Origin: Leucoraja ocellata
Taxonomy: Eukaryota
NCBI GenBank assembly: GCA_036785375.1
Contig: JAWMAR010000113.1
Location: forward strand, 124,001 to 188,000
DNA length: 64,000 nucleotides
Reading direction: 5' to 3'
A program made the position numbers and the translations under genes. The notes beneath the pieces were generated by a model. That model saw only the letters and a list, made by a program, of their open reading frames with translations, was not told the origin of the DNA and did no database searches. Of the stretch, positions 61,970 to 64,000 are shown piece by piece (the first letter of the stretch is position 1; every line of letters starts with the position of its first letter).

Positions 61970-62240
61970 AGGTGACACAGCGGCAAATCGGTACAATTCC
62001 TGCCTTCCAGCTCCAGAGACCCGGGTTTGATCCTGGGTGCTGTCTGTGCGGAGCTTGCATGTTCTACCTGTGACCACGTGTGTTTGCTCCGGTTTCTTCC
62101 CACATTCGAAGCGTGCAAGCTTGTAGGTTCATTGGCTTCTGCAAATTTTGCCTAGTGTGCCGGATAGAACGTGTAGCGTGATCATTGATCGACGTAGGCC
62201 GAACGGCCTGTTTCCACACTGTATCTCTAACCTAAACTAA
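61970..62240 (+). mobile_element. V-SINE (HE1-like), diverged
   Basis: B box ggtttgatcct, V-domain, tail. Confidence 0.8.
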
Positions 62241-63252
62241 TATGTTGGATACTTACCAAAAATGGTAATTTCCTGACACTTGCAAGATATGAATGTTATC
62301 AGCCTAAGCACCTGGTACAAATGGTTACAAATGCTCAGCCTTTTAAATCAACATTTGGTATTCACGTTTACTTGCAGCTTTATTTGAAATTTCAGAATTA
62401 AATTTGTATTTCCAGCAATATTAGCACAGCCTTTAGATTATTATTCAAAAGCAGAAATTGAATTTTGAGATAAAGACACAAGGTGCTGGAGTTACACAGC
62501 GGGTCAGGCAGAATACCCGGAGAACATGGATAGGTGATGTATCGGATCGGGCCCCTTCTTCAGACTGATTATTGTTGGGGGTTGGGGGGGGACTGGTTGA
62601 ATCATGTTCATAAGTTAAGGGAGCAAAATTATGCCGTTTGGTGCATCAAGTCTACTCTGCCATTCAATCATGGCTGATCTTTCTCTTTCAACCCCATTCT
62701 TCTGCCTTCTCCCCATACCCCCTGACGCCCATACCAATCAATTCACTGATAGTTTTCTAGTATTGCCCACTTAAAAAGTCCTGTTCCTCTGAGTCCTAAG
62801 ATTTCCAATTGTTCATATCATCCTGAGGCAGGCCCGTTATTTATCCTGGGAACTGGCCACTGAAACTTCAGCAGGTAACAATGTGCATGGTTTGCAACTC
62901 AATTCATTACCATGGGGATTTTATGGCGGTGTGGAAGAACAGGTCCAGCAGGTAAGATATTTTCACAGGCTATTGTTCACTGATTCTCAACACCCCATGA
63001 TGAGACACCATTACTTCCTGGCGGGAACATACAGTCCTTACAGCACTGCTGCACCCACCCAAACCATGTCCGATTGCGTAACATAAAGCAATTATGCCAG
63101 TGCCAAAAGACATCTTGTCCAATATCGTGTGTGGGAAGGACCTGCAGATGCTGCTTTACACTGAAGATGGACACAAAATGCTGCAGTAACACGGCGCGAC
63201 TGGCAGCATCTCTGGATAGAAGGAATGGGTGATGTTTTGAGTCGAGACCCTT

Positions 63253-63797
63253 CTTGGTCTCCAAATCTGAGGAAGGACATTATTGCCATAGAGGGAGTGC
63301 AGAGACGGTTCACCAGACTGATTCCTGGGATGTCAGGACTGTCTTATGAAGAAAGACTGGATAGACTTGGTTTATACTCTCTAGAATTTAGAAGATTGAG
63401 AGGGGATCTTATAGAAACTTACAAAATTCTTAAGGGGTTGGACAGGCTAGATGCAAGAAGATTGTTCCCGATGTTAGGGAAGTCCAGGACAAGGGGTCAC
63501 AGCTTAAGGATAAGGGGGAAATCCTTTAAAACCGAGATGAGAAGAACTTTTTTCACACAGAGAGTGGTGAATCTCTGGAACTCTCTGCCACAGAGGGTAG
63601 TTGAGGCCAGTTCATTGGCTATATTTAAGAGGGAGTTAGATGTGGCCCTTGTGGCTAAGGGGATCAGGGGGTATGGAGAGAAGGCAGGTACGGGATACTG
63701 AGTTGGATGATCAGCCATGATCATATTGAATGGCGGTGCAGGCTCGAAGGGCCGAATGGCCTACTCCTGCACCTAATTTCTATGTTTCTATGTTTCT
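63253..63797 (+). mobile_element. Young CR1 3' end nested in a Penelope repeat (63130-63840)
   Basis: Nearly identical to about 17062-17608, intact frame, (TTTCTATG)n tail. Confidence 0.95.
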
Positions 63798-63865
63798 TCT
63801 CACCGTCTGAAATACTCCAGCATTTTGTGTCTATCTTCTATTATCCAATATCATCTCAAGTCTTA

Positions 63866-64000
63866 AGGGCCTGCCCCACTTAGCGATTTTTTTGGCGACT
63901 GCCGACATCATTGACTGGCGTATCAGGTCACCGAAACGTTTGCGGCGTGATGAGGCGTGATACGGTGGTGACGCTGCGTGATGACGTATTGAAGTGCGGT
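63866..64000. mobile_element. Start of a PIF/Harbinger-like element running off the window
   Basis: TTA|agggcctgccccacttagcgattttttt, same TIR type as 26033 and 29664. Confidence 0.65.

Noticed and set aside
62860-62960. Possible exon of a neighbouring gene (strong CAG|GTAAGA donor at about 62951)
   Set aside because: No recognisable protein similarity or partner exon, and I found no PSMG1-like or ERG-like coding sequence in the window.

Overview
Vertebrate genomic DNA, most likely a cartilaginous fish such as a skate or ray (inferred from HE1-type V-SINEs, CR1/HER1-type LINE tails and SacSINE1-like DeuSINEs). The only protein-coding gene I can support is ETS2 on the + strand. It has nine coding exons between 42881 and 58327, all GT-AG with consistent phases, totalling 1398 nt (465 aa) with a PNT and an ETS domain. 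A probable CpG-rich promoter lies near 35.4-36.8 kb and a repeat-free 3' UTR runs to about 60.1 kb. The rest is a dense, often nested, mosaic of CR1 LINE 3' ends, V-SINEs, Neptune-like Penelope elements, Rex1/Babar and RTE fragments, PIF/Harbinger-like and hAT-like non-autonomous elements, and one deleted Gypsy element. The most notable observation is a 104-141 nt short retroposon present in two copies (34238-34378 on -, 52650-52753 on +). Its first 54 nt fold into a complete HDV/CPEB3-type self-cleaving ribozyme with a minimal P4, both insertions begin exactly at the predicted cleavage site, and one copy lies in sense orientation in an ETS2 intron. Penelope-derived repeats also carry many minimal hammerhead ribozyme cores, often as fold-back palindromes. 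Repeat boundaries are approximate unless target-site duplications (TSDs) are quoted, and all family assignments are from memory of consensus sequences, not database searches.
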